35,354 nucleotides of DNA from Blastocatellia bacterium (GCA_017883315.1 JADGNW010000297.1:1-35354), one strand, 5' to 3'; counted from the stretch's first letter, positions 6,361 through 16,697 are shown. Notes: a model not told the origin generated them from the sequence alone. A program made the numbers and translations.

Positions 6361-9300
6361 ATGAGGCACCTTAGAAAAATGAAATCGCTGGCAGTCACCG
6401 CAGCATCTCTGATGATCGCGGTATTGCTGCTACCGCTATTCAGTAGTTCGGTTCTTGCGCAGTCCAGTAAAGGAATAATCGTAGGAACTACAAAGGACCC
6501 GTCTGGCGCAGTAGTCGACGGGGCCAGCATCAAGATCACTAACAAGGCTACGAATACATCACGCGAAACAACTACGACCGCAGAGGGCGGCTATCGCCTG
6601 GACGCGGTCGACCCGGGTTCATACAAAGTCGAGGCAACAGCGGGCGGCTTCAAGACCAGTACGCGTGACAACGTGGTCGTGGAAGCAGCCCAGGCTACGA
6701 CGATTGACTTTGCTTTTGAAGTGGGCGCCCAGACAGAAGTGGTCAACGTCAACGCAGATTCGAGCGTGATTCTGCAAAAGCAGGACGGCGCTCGTGCAAG
6801 CACTCTTGAGTCTCGCCAGATAGTTGACCTGCCCGTGGGAGCGCTCAATCCGGTGAATCTTGTCTTCACGCTTCCGGGCGTCACCAATCCCGGAGTGCTC
6901 GCAGGCGGATTCGTCCAGGGCACCGAGTTCAACATCAACGGGTTGAGAGCGCGCGCCAACAACCAGTTGATCGACGGCGCCGACAACAATGATAACTCGA
7001 TCACCGGCCAGCAGCTTCAACCGGGTCTGCGCGACGGATTCAAAGAGGTGACCGTGTTGGGCGGCGACAACTCCGCCGAATACGGCCGCGCCGGCGGCGC
7101 GGTGATCAATGTCGTCACCAAGAGCGGAACGAACCAGTTCCACGGTTCTGTTTACGACGTGATCGACACCAGCGCGCTTTCGTCGTTGAGCGCGGGCCAG
7201 AAGGCAAACGAAGGTCTAACCTCTGTGCCGGTGTACATCCAGAACGCGTTCGGTTTCTCCTTTGGCGGGCCGATAAAAAAGGACAAGCTGTTTTTCTTCG
7301 GGACGTTTCAGCCGACGCTGACTCGCATCGGGGCCGCAAACGGCTCGGCGGTCATTCCTACAGAACAGGGCTTCAACACCCTTCGCTCGCTTTTCCCGCA
7401 AGGCGCAAGCGCGAACCTGGATCGCTACCTCGGCGTTGTTGGAGGCCTTCGCGGCGCGACCAATACGTTCAATGTGCCCCTGGGAGGCGGACGGCCCGAC
7501 GTGCAGTTTGGAACAGTGACCGCCGCCGCACCCGCGCCCATCAACACCTATGATCTTCTAGCGCGCGTCGATTGGACGCCGAATGAGAGAGACAACTTCT
7601 CGGCGCGTTATATCTTCAACAACCAGGTGGTCACCAACCAGTTCCCCACGCCGTTTCAGGGCTTCGCTGTCGATGTTCCGGGGCGCGTGCAGAACCTCTA
7701 CGGCAACTACACTCGCATTCTCTCGTCGAGAATGACCAACGAGCTGCGGTTTTCGTATGGACGATTCAACGTGCTGTTCGGCGCTCAGGATCCAGCGGCG
7801 CTCAACTTTGGACCGCAGTTCCTGTTTTCAGGCGCTTCCATCACCGGCGTAGGCATACTCGGCGGTCTCACGACCACCTTCTTCCCTCAAGGCCGCGTGT
7901 TCAACAACTATCAGATTCAGGACACGATCACCTACACCAGCGGCGCACACACCATCCGAGCCGGGACGGACATGATGCGCCAGGCCGCTAAGCAGTTCGT
8001 TCCCTTCAACGCGCAGGGCACGCTGACCTTCTCAGCGGGCGGCGGGTTCCCGGCTTTCGGCAATTTCGTTGATGGATTCTCGGGGACGCAGGGAACATTC
8101 GCGGCGATTACGTTTGGCAGCCCGGTGACTCATCCCAACGCGTTTCAACAAGCGTATTTCGTCAACGACACGTGGCGGGTCAAGCCGAACCTGAGTTTGA
8201 ATCTGGGCCTTCGATACGAGAACTACGGGACGCGTTACAACGTGGTGCCGTTCCCGGCCTTCGCGGGCTTCGACAAACCGTTTGACGCTGTAGCGAAGCA
8301 GAAGGGTGACAACAACAACTTCGCTCCACGGGTGAGCTTCGCGTACACGCCGCACCTCGCGAGCTGGCTGTTCGGCGAAGACAAGACGGTGATTCGTGGT
8401 GGAGTTGGAGTCGGTTACGATGTCTACTTCAACAACATCCTGAGCAACACCGCGGCTTCGCCTCCGAACGCGTTTGGAGTCTCGCTTCTGGGCTCGACCG
8501 CAGGCGGCCGCGGACTCGCGAACGCAGGCGTCCACTCATTGCCAACGACGGGTTCTCCAAATCCGAAAGCTGCGGTCACCAGTATCGACCCGAACCTGGT
8601 CAACCCGATGACCTGGACCTGGAACCTTGACGTCCAGCGCGAGTTGCCGGGCAACTTCATCGTCGATGCGGCGTATGTTGGAACCCGCGGAATTCGACTG
8701 TTCATCAATGAGCAGTTGAACCCCGGAGTTAATAACGTGCGGCTGCATCCCGACCGCGGATCGATCGTGCTTCGAACAAACGGAGGCGATTCGATCTACC
8801 ACTCTCTGCAAACGCGTGTCGAGCGCGGATTCAAGAACGGCCTGCTCTTCCGCTTTGCATATACCTACTCGAAGGCGATAGACGACGTGAACAGCGAAGT
8901 CTTCGTCACGTCAGGCGGCGCAAGCAGGGCGTCGAACCCGTTTGATCGCAGGGCAGACCGCAGTGTGGCGAGCTTCGATGTTCCGCATCGAGGCGTGCTG
9001 TCTTTCATCTACGATGTTCCGGGTCCAAAGCGAGGGTTTCTCGGACAGGTTGGCGGTCTCTGGACGCTAGGAGGGATCTATCGGATACAGTCAGGGTCGG
9101 TCGAGACTCCCTTTGTCGGAGGGATCGATCTGAACGGCGATCTGGAGAACACCAATGACCGGCCGGCTATCGCGAACCTCAACGCACCTCCGACATCGGT
9201 GGCCATTCTCGCGTCGTTGCTGGGCGCCACGTCGCCGACCGGCTACGTTGATGCGAACGGGACTCCGGTGAATCCGGCGAACGTCCGATACATTGTGGAT

Positions 9301-9609
9301 CCAGCGATTCGCACTAACATCGCGGGCCGCAACACCCTGCGCGGGAACATAACTAACACAATGGACCTGAGCTTGAACAAGGGGTTCAGGCTGCCGTTTG
9401 AAGGTCACAAGCTCGAAGTGCGCTTTGATCTCTTCAACGTCTTCAACCACCCCAACTTCACCTGGGCGTTCTTGGGAGCCGACAATAGCAACGGCGACGT
9501 GACGAATCCGTTCTTCAACAACGTCCGGTTGAACGACGGCGGAATCACGGGACCGGTCGGCACGCAGGTCGGCCGTTACGGGCGGGTTCAGTTGCGCTAC
9601 AGCTTCTGA
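6361..9609 (+). CDS. TonB-dependent receptor 1 (Oar-like, N-terminal carboxypeptidase-regulatory-like domain)
   Basis: Signal peptide; GTTKDPSGAVVDGA; plug motifs INGLR..ANNQLIDG and SAEYGRAGGAVINVVTKSGTN; barrel NLGLRYE; C-terminal LRYSF. Likely start ATG 6361 after AGGAG; the ORF track starts at 6028. Confidence 0.93.
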   Translation: MRHLRKMKSLAVTAASLMIAVLLLPLFSSSVLAQSSKGIIVGTTKDPSGAVVDGASIKITNKATNTSRETTTTAEGGYRLDAVDPGSYKVEATAGGFKTSTRDNVVVEAAQATTIDFAFEVGAQTEVVNVNADSSVILQKQDGARASTLESRQIVDLPVGALNPVNLVFTLPGVTNPGVLAGGFVQGTEFNINGLRARANNQLIDGADNNDNSITGQQLQPGLRDGFKEVTVLGGDNSAEYGRAGGAVINVVTKSGTNQFHGSVYDVIDTSALSSLSAGQKANEGLTSVPVYIQNAFGFSFGGPIKKDKLFFFGTFQPTLTRIGAANGSAVIPTEQGFNTLRSLFPQGASANLDRYLGVVGGLRGATNTFNVPLGGGRPDVQFGTVTAAAPAPINTYDLLARVDWTPNERDNFSARYIFNNQVVTNQFPTPFQGFAVDVPGRVQNLYGNYTRILSSRMTNELRFSYGRFNVLFGAQDPAALNFGPQFLFSGASITGVGILGGLTTTFFPQGRVFNNYQIQDTITYTSGAHTIRAGTDMMRQAAKQFVPFNAQGTLTFSAGGGFPAFGNFVDGFSGTQGTFAAITFGSPVTHPNAFQQAYFVNDTWRVKPNLSLNLGLRYENYGTRYNVVPFPAFAGFDKPFDAVAKQKGDNNNFAPRVSFAYTPHLASWLFGEDKTVIRGGVGVGYDVYFNNILSNTAASPPNAFGVSLLGSTAGGRGLANAGVHSLPTTGSPNPKAAVTSIDPNLVNPMTWTWNLDVQRELPGNFIVDAAYVGTRGIRLFINEQLNPGVNNVRLHPDRGSIVLRTNGGDSIYHSLQTRVERGFKNGLLFRFAYTYSKAIDDVNSEVFVTSGGASRASNPFDRRADRSVASFDVPHRGVLSFIYDVPGPKRGFLGQVGGLWTLGGIYRIQSGSVETPFVGGIDLNGDLENTNDRPAIANLNAPPTSVAILASLLGATSPTGYVDANGTPVNPANVRYIVDPAIRTNIAGRNTLRGNITNTMDLSLNKGFRLPFEGHKLEVRFDLFNVFNHPNFTWAFLGADNSNGDVTNPFFNNVRLNDGGITGPVGTQVGRYGRVQLRYSF

Positions 9610-9649
9610 GTTGCAGTAAGGATCTTCCTCGTGTGAGTACCTCCTCAAT

Positions 9650-9675
9650 GGGAGCCTTCGGGCTCCCTTTTTTTT
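9650..9675 (+). terminator. Rho-independent terminator
   Basis: GGGAGCC-TTCG-GGCTCCC followed by T8. Confidence 0.9.
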
Positions 9676-9698
9676 CTTTTCAGACTGCTTATCTGGCC

Positions 9699-9731
9699 TA
9701 TAGGACCTATTAGACCTATGGGACCTATCGG
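9699..9731. repeat. Degenerate 9-bp tandem repeat, same family as 3259-3294
   Basis: tataggacc tattagacc tatgggacc tatcgg. Confidence 0.8.
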
Positions 9732-9763
9732 TTGCGGAGGAAGTCCAAAGAGCCGAGCTACTC

Positions 9764-12700
9764 TCAGTTGCAAGTGCACTGATTACCTGCGATCGATCGA
9801 TCAGTGATCTGGCAGGAATGCGCTCCGAATGTCTGAATGAAAGCGGCGCCGGCGCCCGCACCGTTGCTCGAGACGGTGTCCGCCTGGATGAACACTCGTC
9901 GATCTCCCTTCTGGTGCTCAATCGTGACAACGCACCCATGCGCGTTCAAGACGCCCCGGCCGCTCGCCACCACGACTCCTTTGCAACAGTAACGGTAATC
10001 ACCAGTGATTGCATTTATCAGGACGACATTCCCCGGATTGCCATCATCAACCAGGCAAAGGCTGAACACATTCAATTGGAAGGTGCAGGTAGCCACGTTA
10101 CCCGCGCCGTCCGCAGCAGCGCAGTTCACTGTGGTCGTGCCGACGGGGAAGGTTGATCCGGTTGGCGGGTTGCAGGTAACCGCAAGGCCTCCGTGGCAGT
10201 TTTCAGTTGCAGTTGGATACGCATAGCTCACCGGTGCGCTTGTGGCTATGGGACACGAAGCGCTAACGGCAGTGTAGACATTCGCGCGGCAGTTCGTGAA
10301 CACCGGCGGCTGCGTGTCATTGACAGTGACATTGAAACGACAACTCGCCTGGTTGCTATGGGCATCGAGCACCGTGCAAAGCACTGTTGTAGTGCCTTTC
10401 GGGAAGATCGATCCGGAAGCCGGATTGCAAGCAGGAACCAGCGGCGTGTCGGGCTGCATTCCCTTCGGGCCGGGTGCTGCTGTGGCTCCACAGTTGTCAA
10501 TCACCGTAGGAGCCGGGTACGTGACCATAGCCGTGCACTTATTTGGATCAGTAGGTTTGATTACGGTCGCAGGACACGTGATCGCTGGCGGCTGGGTGTC
10601 GCTGATCGTTACCGTGAACGAACATGGGGCTGCGCTGGTCACTCTAGATTTGGGCGGCGCTGCGTTGCCAGGCGACTCCGAGCAAGTCACCGTAGTTGTG
10701 CCGAGAGGAAAGAGTGAACCCGGCGCAGGCACGCAACTGATCGTGTTGCAATCCCCGGTAGTGATGGGCGAGTAAGCGACTACCGCGCCGCACTGGCCGA
10801 TATCGTTCGATCTGGTGATGTTTGCCGGACAGCTAAGGGCGCAAGGAGTTGGAAAGGTGAAATAAGCAACCGCCATGTCGTGATCGGAGATTCGCTCGGG
10901 CCGGTTGGAATCGTTGCGGAACGATTCAGGAAAGTCAGCATCGTTGCGAGCATAGTTTATGTGCGCGAAACGCGTGAGCAGATTCGAGGTGATCAACTCG
11001 TGATCGAGCGCCTGTGCGTCGCCGTCGAGACTATAAGAATATTTCTGATCAGCCGAGGCAGAACCGATCAAGTCCGTGAGATCGGGATTCACCAGATCGC
11101 CGCTGGCGAGCACTACTTGATTCACGGGAGTCGGTGTGCCTTTTATCGTGCCGATGCTGTCTACATACCCATCATTGAACTCGAAAGCATTGTAGTCACC
11201 AAGAGACACAATGTGCTCGGTCGAATCGGCCACCTGGCGCGCTTGAATCAGGTTTGCCAGGTATTCAGCTTGCGCGCGACGCTTTGTCCGAACGCGATTG
11301 CCGTCCACCGGATCGTCAACTCCTGAGAGCGAGCGAAGATGATTGGCGATCACCGTAATGGAATAGACGGGTCCGGAGGCCGGTTGAATAGTAGCTCGCA
11401 GCACAAGCGGTGGCCGATCGTTGAGAAGTTCCGGTTGACCGTTATTCGGATTGATGTACGTTGTGGTTAAGCCAAACTGGGTTACGTCGATCACGTTTAC
11501 GCGCGCCGACTTGACCAGGAATCCTACGTCAATTCCCCCAATGTCGTTACCTTCCACAAGGTAAGGCTGGTAGAGAGGATTTGGCTGACCGGCTGCGACT
11601 GCATCCGCGTTTACCTTGTTGGCGACAGCCTGCAGCGTCGTCAGATTCTCCATCTCCTCGACGCCGACAATATCCGGTGTGCGCATTACATTTCGAATGG
11701 CTAGCGAGGCTTTCTTCAACCGGTTGTTGAATGCGGTTGTGGTCAGGACAACGTCGTCAGTATTCGGATCGTCTACCGTGTCGAAGAATCGCTCCATGTT
11801 GAAAGAAGCGACGGTGAATTCATTGGCCGTAGGAACCGGCACCGGTGTTGCGCTGATGTTGCCGGAGACCGAAGGCGGCGTGGCTGGGTCCGGAAGAATT
11901 GTATAGGTTCGAAAAGCATAATCCAGCGGTCCCGTCAGATTAGTAACGACGGCTCCAGAGGTGACTTCAAGCGCGGCTGCGCCGGTTAGGCCGTCGCTAT
12001 CGACACGCACACGTTCGGGATTCGCATCAAAGCGCGGCACGCAACACGGCGAACCGGGCGGCAACGGATCCGGCACCTGAACTCCCGGTTCGCGGAACGG
12101 GCGAGAGACTCCGGTGATCACTCCATAGAAAACTCCGTTCGATGTAGACGTGGCGTTTGGTTCGTTGACGGTGCCCTGGGTTGGCGCTATGACCGTCAGC
12201 GAATCGACATGCACTCGCATCCCTTCGTACTTCTCAAGGTTGTTGAGATCGTTCACCAGCGTCGCCGCTGCCGTGATGGTTATCGGAGATGGAAGCGGAT
12301 TGCCTGTTGAAAGCAACGACACTGTCGGTGATCCTGCAATCTCGGTAGCCGGCGGGCTGTTTGGATCCGCTGAAGGAATGAACTCCTGCACAAGGCCCAT
12401 CACCGCTACATAGTTGCCGACGGCTGCGGCCGCGGGAGGCGTGCTCGAAGTAAATACCAATATCCCCTCCGACGTATTTGGATCACCATCAACCTGCGCA
12501 TCCGGCGTTTGAAGGAAGAACCCGTTGCTCTTTACTCCGGTGACGATTCCGATAGTTGTTACCGTGCTACCTGCTAAGGGCGACGAATTGCCGTTACCTT
12601 GAATGGTGTGGATTGGCGTGGACACGAAATCGTCGTTTGAGATCGTGCCAACTCCCTGCGCATCTCCAATGGTCGCCCCCATGACATTAGTCACGTTGAC

Positions 12701-13729
12701 AAGGAAGGTTTCGTTCGGCTCGACGTTCGTATCACCGTTGACGGTTACATCGAAGGTATAAGTCTGGTTACCCTGGGTAATGCTCTGTGCAGTGAGCGCG
12801 CGAGCAACATAATCATTGTCGAGGGTGGTTGCCGTTTGGTCCTGGGTTGCGATATCGAATGTGACGCCACTGGGAAGCGCGGGTGACGACAGGCTCACGG
12901 TGAACCTGGCGATCGTCGTGCCGGAGTCGCCTTCCAGGACGACAACATCGTTGATCGAGAGCGATGGCGGTGGATTCGGGGTCAGCGAGAAGTCATCCAC
13001 CGCGAGCCCATCGTCTGAGCCGGAAGCATTAAAGTCGGTCCAGCGCATAAAGAAAGTCGCGCCGCTCGGGATGCTCAATCCGCCGATCGTGGAGCCGACT
13101 GCCGTGCGATTCGCAGCAGCATTGCCATCAAGCGCCCCGGCAGTTCCAGTAGTCACCGGGCTAGAAAAATCAAGTGCGTTTACATCTACCCATGTTCCGT
13201 CCGCTAAACCCGTTGCATTCAAGCTGTATTGAAAATCGATTCGATCGGCGCGCCCGGTTGCGCCTAAGCGCCATTGCTCACCCGTATAGGCGATCGCGAG
13301 GGAAGTGATAGTGCTGCCGGTGTCGTTGGTGAAACAGGCTCCGATGGTGGGGATGAGGCTGCCGCTCTGAAGACCTCCGAATGCGCGTTCAGTGTTGCCG
13401 CTAGCGCCAAAGCTATAGGTGTCGCCGGTCGTGCCTGAACCTGTTCCGGCTGCGTAAGTGGTATTAGCGGCAGAGCCGGACTCGCTGAGAGCCCAGCCGG
13501 TTGGAAGCGTGCTTGATAGTCCGGTGCTAGCCAGCGTATTGAAGTCCTGCGTGTATGCCGATCCCAATGTCGCGAGACTAATGCACGTTGACGCGGCAGC
13601 GCCGTGAGTAATTGACATGACAATGACAGCGACGGCTACAGAGGCTAACACGCTCAGTCCAATGAATGACCGAAGCCACGAAGCGGAGTCTGTGAACTCC
13701 TTGAGTATGGGAGAGAATTGTTTTTTCAT
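9764..13729 (-). CDS. Secreted multidomain endonuclease/exonuclease/phosphatase (ExeM/NucH-like) with Calx-beta, OB-fold and HYR repeats
   Basis: N-terminal hydrophobic segment; Calx-beta (SINDVVVLEGDSG...VEPNETF); IHTIQG...SPL.G..VTT.GIVT; EEP motifs FNMERF, GVEEME, GDYN, LDH, SDHD; about 3 HYR repeats (CP..I...GS.FP.GTTTV.C). Likely start ATG 13729. Confidence 0.9.
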   Translation of the reverse strand: MKKQFSPILKEFTDSASWLRSFIGLSVLASVAVAVIVMSITHGAAASTCISLATLGSAYTQDFNTLASTGLSSTLPTGWALSESGSAANTTYAAGTGSGTTGDTYSFGASGNTERAFGGLQSGSLIPTIGACFTNDTGSTITSLAIAYTGEQWRLGATGRADRIDFQYSLNATGLADGTWVDVNALDFSSPVTTGTAGALDGNAAANRTAVGSTIGGLSIPSGATFFMRWTDFNASGSDDGLAVDDFSLTPNPPPSLSINDVVVLEGDSGTTIARFTVSLSSPALPSGVTFDIATQDQTATTLDNDYVARALTAQSITQGNQTYTFDVTVNGDTNVEPNETFLVNVTNVMGATIGDAQGVGTISNDDFVSTPIHTIQGNGNSSPLAGSTVTTIGIVTGVKSNGFFLQTPDAQVDGDPNTSEGILVFTSSTPPAAAAVGNYVAVMGLVQEFIPSADPNSPPATEIAGSPTVSLLSTGNPLPSPITITAAATLVNDLNNLEKYEGMRVHVDSLTVIAPTQGTVNEPNATSTSNGVFYGVITGVSRPFREPGVQVPDPLPPGSPCCVPRFDANPERVRVDSDGLTGAAALEVTSGAVVTNLTGPLDYAFRTYTILPDPATPPSVSGNISATPVPVPTANEFTVASFNMERFFDTVDDPNTDDVVLTTTAFNNRLKKASLAIRNVMRTPDIVGVEEMENLTTLQAVANKVNADAVAAGQPNPLYQPYLVEGNDIGGIDVGFLVKSARVNVIDVTQFGLTTTYINPNNGQPELLNDRPPLVLRATIQPASGPVYSITVIANHLRSLSGVDDPVDGNRVRTKRRAQAEYLANLIQARQVADSTEHIVSLGDYNAFEFNDGYVDSIGTIKGTPTPVNQVVLASGDLVNPDLTDLIGSASADQKYSYSLDGDAQALDHELITSNLLTRFAHINYARNDADFPESFRNDSNRPERISDHDMAVAYFTFPTPCALSCPANITRSNDIGQCGAVVAYSPITTGDCNTISCVPAPGSLFPLGTTTVTCSESPGNAAPPKSRVTSAAPCSFTVTISDTQPPAITCPATVIKPTDPNKCTAMVTYPAPTVIDNCGATAAPGPKGMQPDTPLVPACNPASGSIFPKGTTTVLCTVLDAHSNQASCRFNVTVNDTQPPVFTNCRANVYTAVSASCPIATSAPVSYAYPTATENCHGGLAVTCNPPTGSTFPVGTTTVNCAAADGAGNVATCTFQLNVFSLCLVDDGNPGNVVLINAITGDYRYCCKGVVVASGRGVLNAHGCVVTIEHQKGDRRVFIQADTVSSNGAGAGAAFIQTFGAHSCQITDRSIAGNQCTCN

Positions 13730-14040
13730 TTCGTGCCTAAGCCCGGCTCTTGCCGCGGACCGGAAGTGGATATGCCCGGGGCAGTCGAAACCGATGGGCA
13801 ATCCTATTACCTAACCACGTGTTCTGGAAATTTGGCGGATGGAAGGAATCCGTTTTAAAGCAGCCCAAATTCTAGCTTAGGCTGAACTACTCTACAAGCG
13901 AACTGGGGATCGGAGCAATTTATTCTTTCATCAAGGACAAATACGTAGATTTTCAATTTCAATTTATCGAAGGATGCGGTAAAACAGCAGTGCAGCAAGT
14001 CGTCAATCACACAATCTGTCTGAAGTACACTGGAGGCCCT

Positions 14041-14361
14041 TTGATCGAACGCAGAAGAGCGAAGCGGTTTCAGGTAGATTGGCAAATTCGAGTTGAAGTA
14101 ACCGGCGGCAGTGGCAACACCCTTGTTGAGACGGGCGCACTGCGTAATATAAGTTCCAATGGCGCGTTGCTGTCTTTGGCAAAGCCGCTGACAACAGGAA
14201 CCAAGCTCGACGTATACATCAAGCTTCCGCTTCAAGGAAAAAAGTGGATGAAATATCCGGCTCGCGTAGTGCGGATTGAACCCGGCGATGCTGCTATTAC
14301 CGCCGCGATCAAGTTCGATAGCGTGCGTCCTAATTTTGGAATGCCGCTCGTTCCAGCTTGA
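14041..14361 (+). CDS. Stand-alone PilZ-domain (c-di-GMP-binding) protein
   Basis: ERRRAKRF (RxxxR) and NISSNG ((D/N)xSxxG). Likely TTG start 14041 after GGAGG; the ORF track starts at 13990. Confidence 0.88.
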   Translation: MIERRRAKRFQVDWQIRVEVTGGSGNTLVETGALRNISSNGALLSLAKPLTTGTKLDVYIKLPLQGKKWMKYPARVVRIEPGDAAITAAIKFDSVRPNFGMPLVPA

Positions 14362-14363
14362 TG

Positions 14364-14990
14364 CTAAGGCGCGAGTCTCTCGATCACCCATTCGCGCTCA
14401 GTCCTGGTATAACGAAGCCGATCGTGCAGACGGCTTGGCCGGCTTTGCCAGAACTCAAGGACGAACGGTGCGACGCGGTAGCCTCCCCAATACGGCGGGA
14501 GTGGGATCTCCTTGCCCTCATACTTCCTCACAAGGTCTTCCATTCTTGCTTCAAGGACGTCGCGGCTCGAGATCACCTCGCTCTGATTTGATGCCCACGC
14601 TCCCAGTTGGCTATCAACCGGGCGCGTATGAAAATACGCCTCAGACTCCTCCCGGGAAGTTCTGGACACCGTGCCCGTGATTCGTACCTGGCGGCCGAGC
14701 TCGGCCCAGTAAAAGCACAGCGACGCGACGGCGTTCTCGCCCAGTTCTTTGCCTTTCGGGCTCTCACAGTTCGTGTAGAAAACGAACCCGCGCTCATCGA
14801 AGTCCTTCAGCAAGACCACTCGCGCAGACGGCACGCTATCCCTGCTTGCCGTCGCCAGCGTCATAGCGTTTGGCAGAATGGGGACCGCGGCCTCTGCCTG
14901 CTTGAACCATTTCTCGAATTGCTTGAACGGATTTGGGTCGGCGTCCTTCTCGTTAAGCTCGGGATAGTTGGGTGCGACAGGCTCAGACAT
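14364..14990 (-). CDS. pdxH: Pyridoxine/pyridoxamine 5'-phosphate oxidase
   Basis: AMTLAT, PSARVVLLK, FYTN.ES.KG, RQVRI.G, SQLGAWAS.QS, EFWQ.R.SRLHDR, ERLAP. Confidence 0.96.
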   Translation of the reverse strand: MSEPVAPNYPELNEKDADPNPFKQFEKWFKQAEAAVPILPNAMTLATASRDSVPSARVVLLKDFDERGFVFYTNCESPKGKELGENAVASLCFYWAELGRQVRITGTVSRTSREESEAYFHTRPVDSQLGAWASNQSEVISSRDVLEARMEDLVRKYEGKEIPLPPYWGGYRVAPFVLEFWQSRPSRLHDRLRYTRTEREWVIERLAP

Positions 14991-15030
14991 GAGTAGTTGG
15001 TTTCCTTGCTATCGTTCGGCCCTCTGGCTT

Positions 15031-16029
15031 CTAAACAGCTTCGGCTTGAACGGCGGTTATCGCTATTGCATCACGAATATCTTCCGCTTTGCATCCGCGC
15101 GAGAGGTCATTCGCGGGGCGCGCGAGTCCCTGAAGAATTGGACCGACGGCCGCGGCGCCGGCAAGGCGCTCGACCAATTTGTAAGCTATGTTTCCGGCCT
15201 CGAGGTTCGGGAAAATCAAAGTATTTGCTCGCCCTGCAACCTGGCTGCCAGGCGCCTTCTTTTGCCCGATCGCATCAACGAGCGCGGCATCGGCCTGGAG
15301 CTCGCCGTCAACCAGCAACGACGGCGCGCGTGCTTTGACGGTGCGCGTCGCTTCGACGACTTTATCGACCAGCGGATGACTGGCGCTGCCCTTCGTCGAG
15401 AATGAAAGCATCGCGACGCGCGGCTCGACACCGAGCAGCGCGCGCGCGGAATCCGCCGAAGCAATCGCTATATCGGCAAGCTCAGACGCCGAAGGATCAA
15501 TAACGACTCCGCAGTCAGCGAAGATAAAGGCGCCGTCCTCTCCGAACTGGCATCCGGGAACGGCCATCAGGAAGAAACTGGAGACGGTCTTTAAGCCGGA
15601 CCTGGGTCCTATGCACCGAAGGGCGGCGCTGACAGTGTGTCCTGTCGTATGCGTGGCGCCCGATACGCTCCCATCCGCTCGGCCTTCTCGCACCATCATA
15701 TTTCCGAAAAAGAGCGGATCGTCCATCTGCTGCCGAGCTTCATCGAGGGTCACACCTTTCGCGCGACGTGCTTCGTAGTAGCGCGCCGCGTACTGCTCGC
15801 GATCACTCGACCGCCGGTGGTCGATTATCGAAACTCCGGTGAGCGTGACACCAATCTTCGAGGCCTTGTCTCGAATCACCTCTTCGTTGCCGAGCAGCGT
15901 GAGCCGAGCGATGCACTCTTGAATGCAGAGCGACGCCGCCCGAATAGTTCGCTCATCTTCGCCTTCGGGCAAGACAATGTGTTTTGGAGCGGACGCCGCG
16001 CGCGCGCGAATTTTTTCTAGAACGTGCAT
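15031..16029 (-). CDS. pta: Phosphate acetyltransferase (short form)
   Basis: [71 protein letters not shown]. Likely start ATG 16029. Confidence 0.95.
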   Translation of the reverse strand: MHVLEKIRARAASAPKHIVLPEGEDERTIRAASLCIQECIARLTLLGNEEVIRDKASKIGVTLTGVSIIDHRRSSDREQYAARYYEARRAKGVTLDEARQQMDDPLFFGNMMVREGRADGSVSGATHTTGHTVSAALRCIGPRSGLKTVSSFFLMAVPGCQFGEDGAFIFADCGVVIDPSASELADIAIASADSARALLGVEPRVAMLSFSTKGSASHPLVDKVVEATRTVKARAPSLLVDGELQADAALVDAIGQKKAPGSQVAGRANTLIFPNLEAGNIAYKLVERLAGAAAVGPILQGLARPANDLSRGCKAEDIRDAIAITAVQAEAV

Positions 16030-16238
16030 GACCGAAGCAGGACTCCGAGGCTCGCGTTCAACCCTCCGACAACAATGGATCGAGCACGATGATAGCTCAT
16101 TTTGATACCCGGTGGCGAGCAACGAGTCGAACCCTTGAAGACACAGCCGCAGAGGAGTACGATGCTCGGGTTCTCGCAGCTCTCCCGACAGCACGGACCA
16201 GCTTTCTCCCGGACACAACCACAGGGGTACTGATCATC

Positions 16239-16646
16239 ATGCAAGCACTCGTGATTGTATGGAGCTTGTCGCTCTTTTTGACATTCGCGCCCTCGGTTCA
16301 ACGCGATACGTTGCGTGACCAGACCAGCCAACGGGGGCCTGCGGCAAGACAGTTGGCAGCGGTCCGGGGCGAGATAATAAAAATAGCTAAGCCGAGTAAG
16401 GGCATGTTACTCATAACCGTAAAACCGGCGAAGGAGTTTCCGGAGATCACCGTGCTCGCACGCGAGAACGATCTGGTAGGGACTGCGGTTGGACGCTCGG
16501 GTGAAGCCGACCTGTTAGGCTTGCTCTCCGACGACACGCACGACGACGAAACCATCACCGCAGCCGAGCTGAATCAGAGCGACATAATATCGGTCATCTA
16601 CGATCCTCAGCTGCAGAATCGAGTGCTTGAGATTTACTTGCACTGA
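16239..16646 (+). CDS. Secreted hypothetical protein
   Basis: Likely ATG 16239 after AGGGG, hydrophobic N-terminus, beta-rich body. No family recognised. Confidence 0.6.
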   Translation: MQALVIVWSLSLFLTFAPSVQRDTLRDQTSQRGPAARQLAAVRGEIIKIAKPSKGMLLITVKPAKEFPEITVLARENDLVGTAVGRSGEADLLGLLSDDTHDDETITAAELNQSDIISVIYDPQLQNRVLEIYLH

Positions 16647-16668
16647 GGTGTCGAGATAATAGCCCGCT

Positions 16669-16697
16669 TTGCGTGACGAAGCCGCAATCGGTATAAT
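16669..16697 (+). promoter_or_regulatory. sigma70-type promoter for the YHS protein
   Basis: TTGCGT, 17 nt spacer, TATAAT. An AAGGAG RBS lies downstream. Confidence 0.65.

Noticed and set aside
9091-9939. 282-aa minus-strand ORF and many similar antisense ORFs
   Set aside because: These are shadows of well-supported genes in GC-rich DNA and carry no recognisable motifs.
16671-16680. Single TTCGTCACGC match to the LytTR box on the minus strand
   Set aside because: There is no partner repeat at 21 bp, and it overlaps an ordinary sigma70 -35 element.
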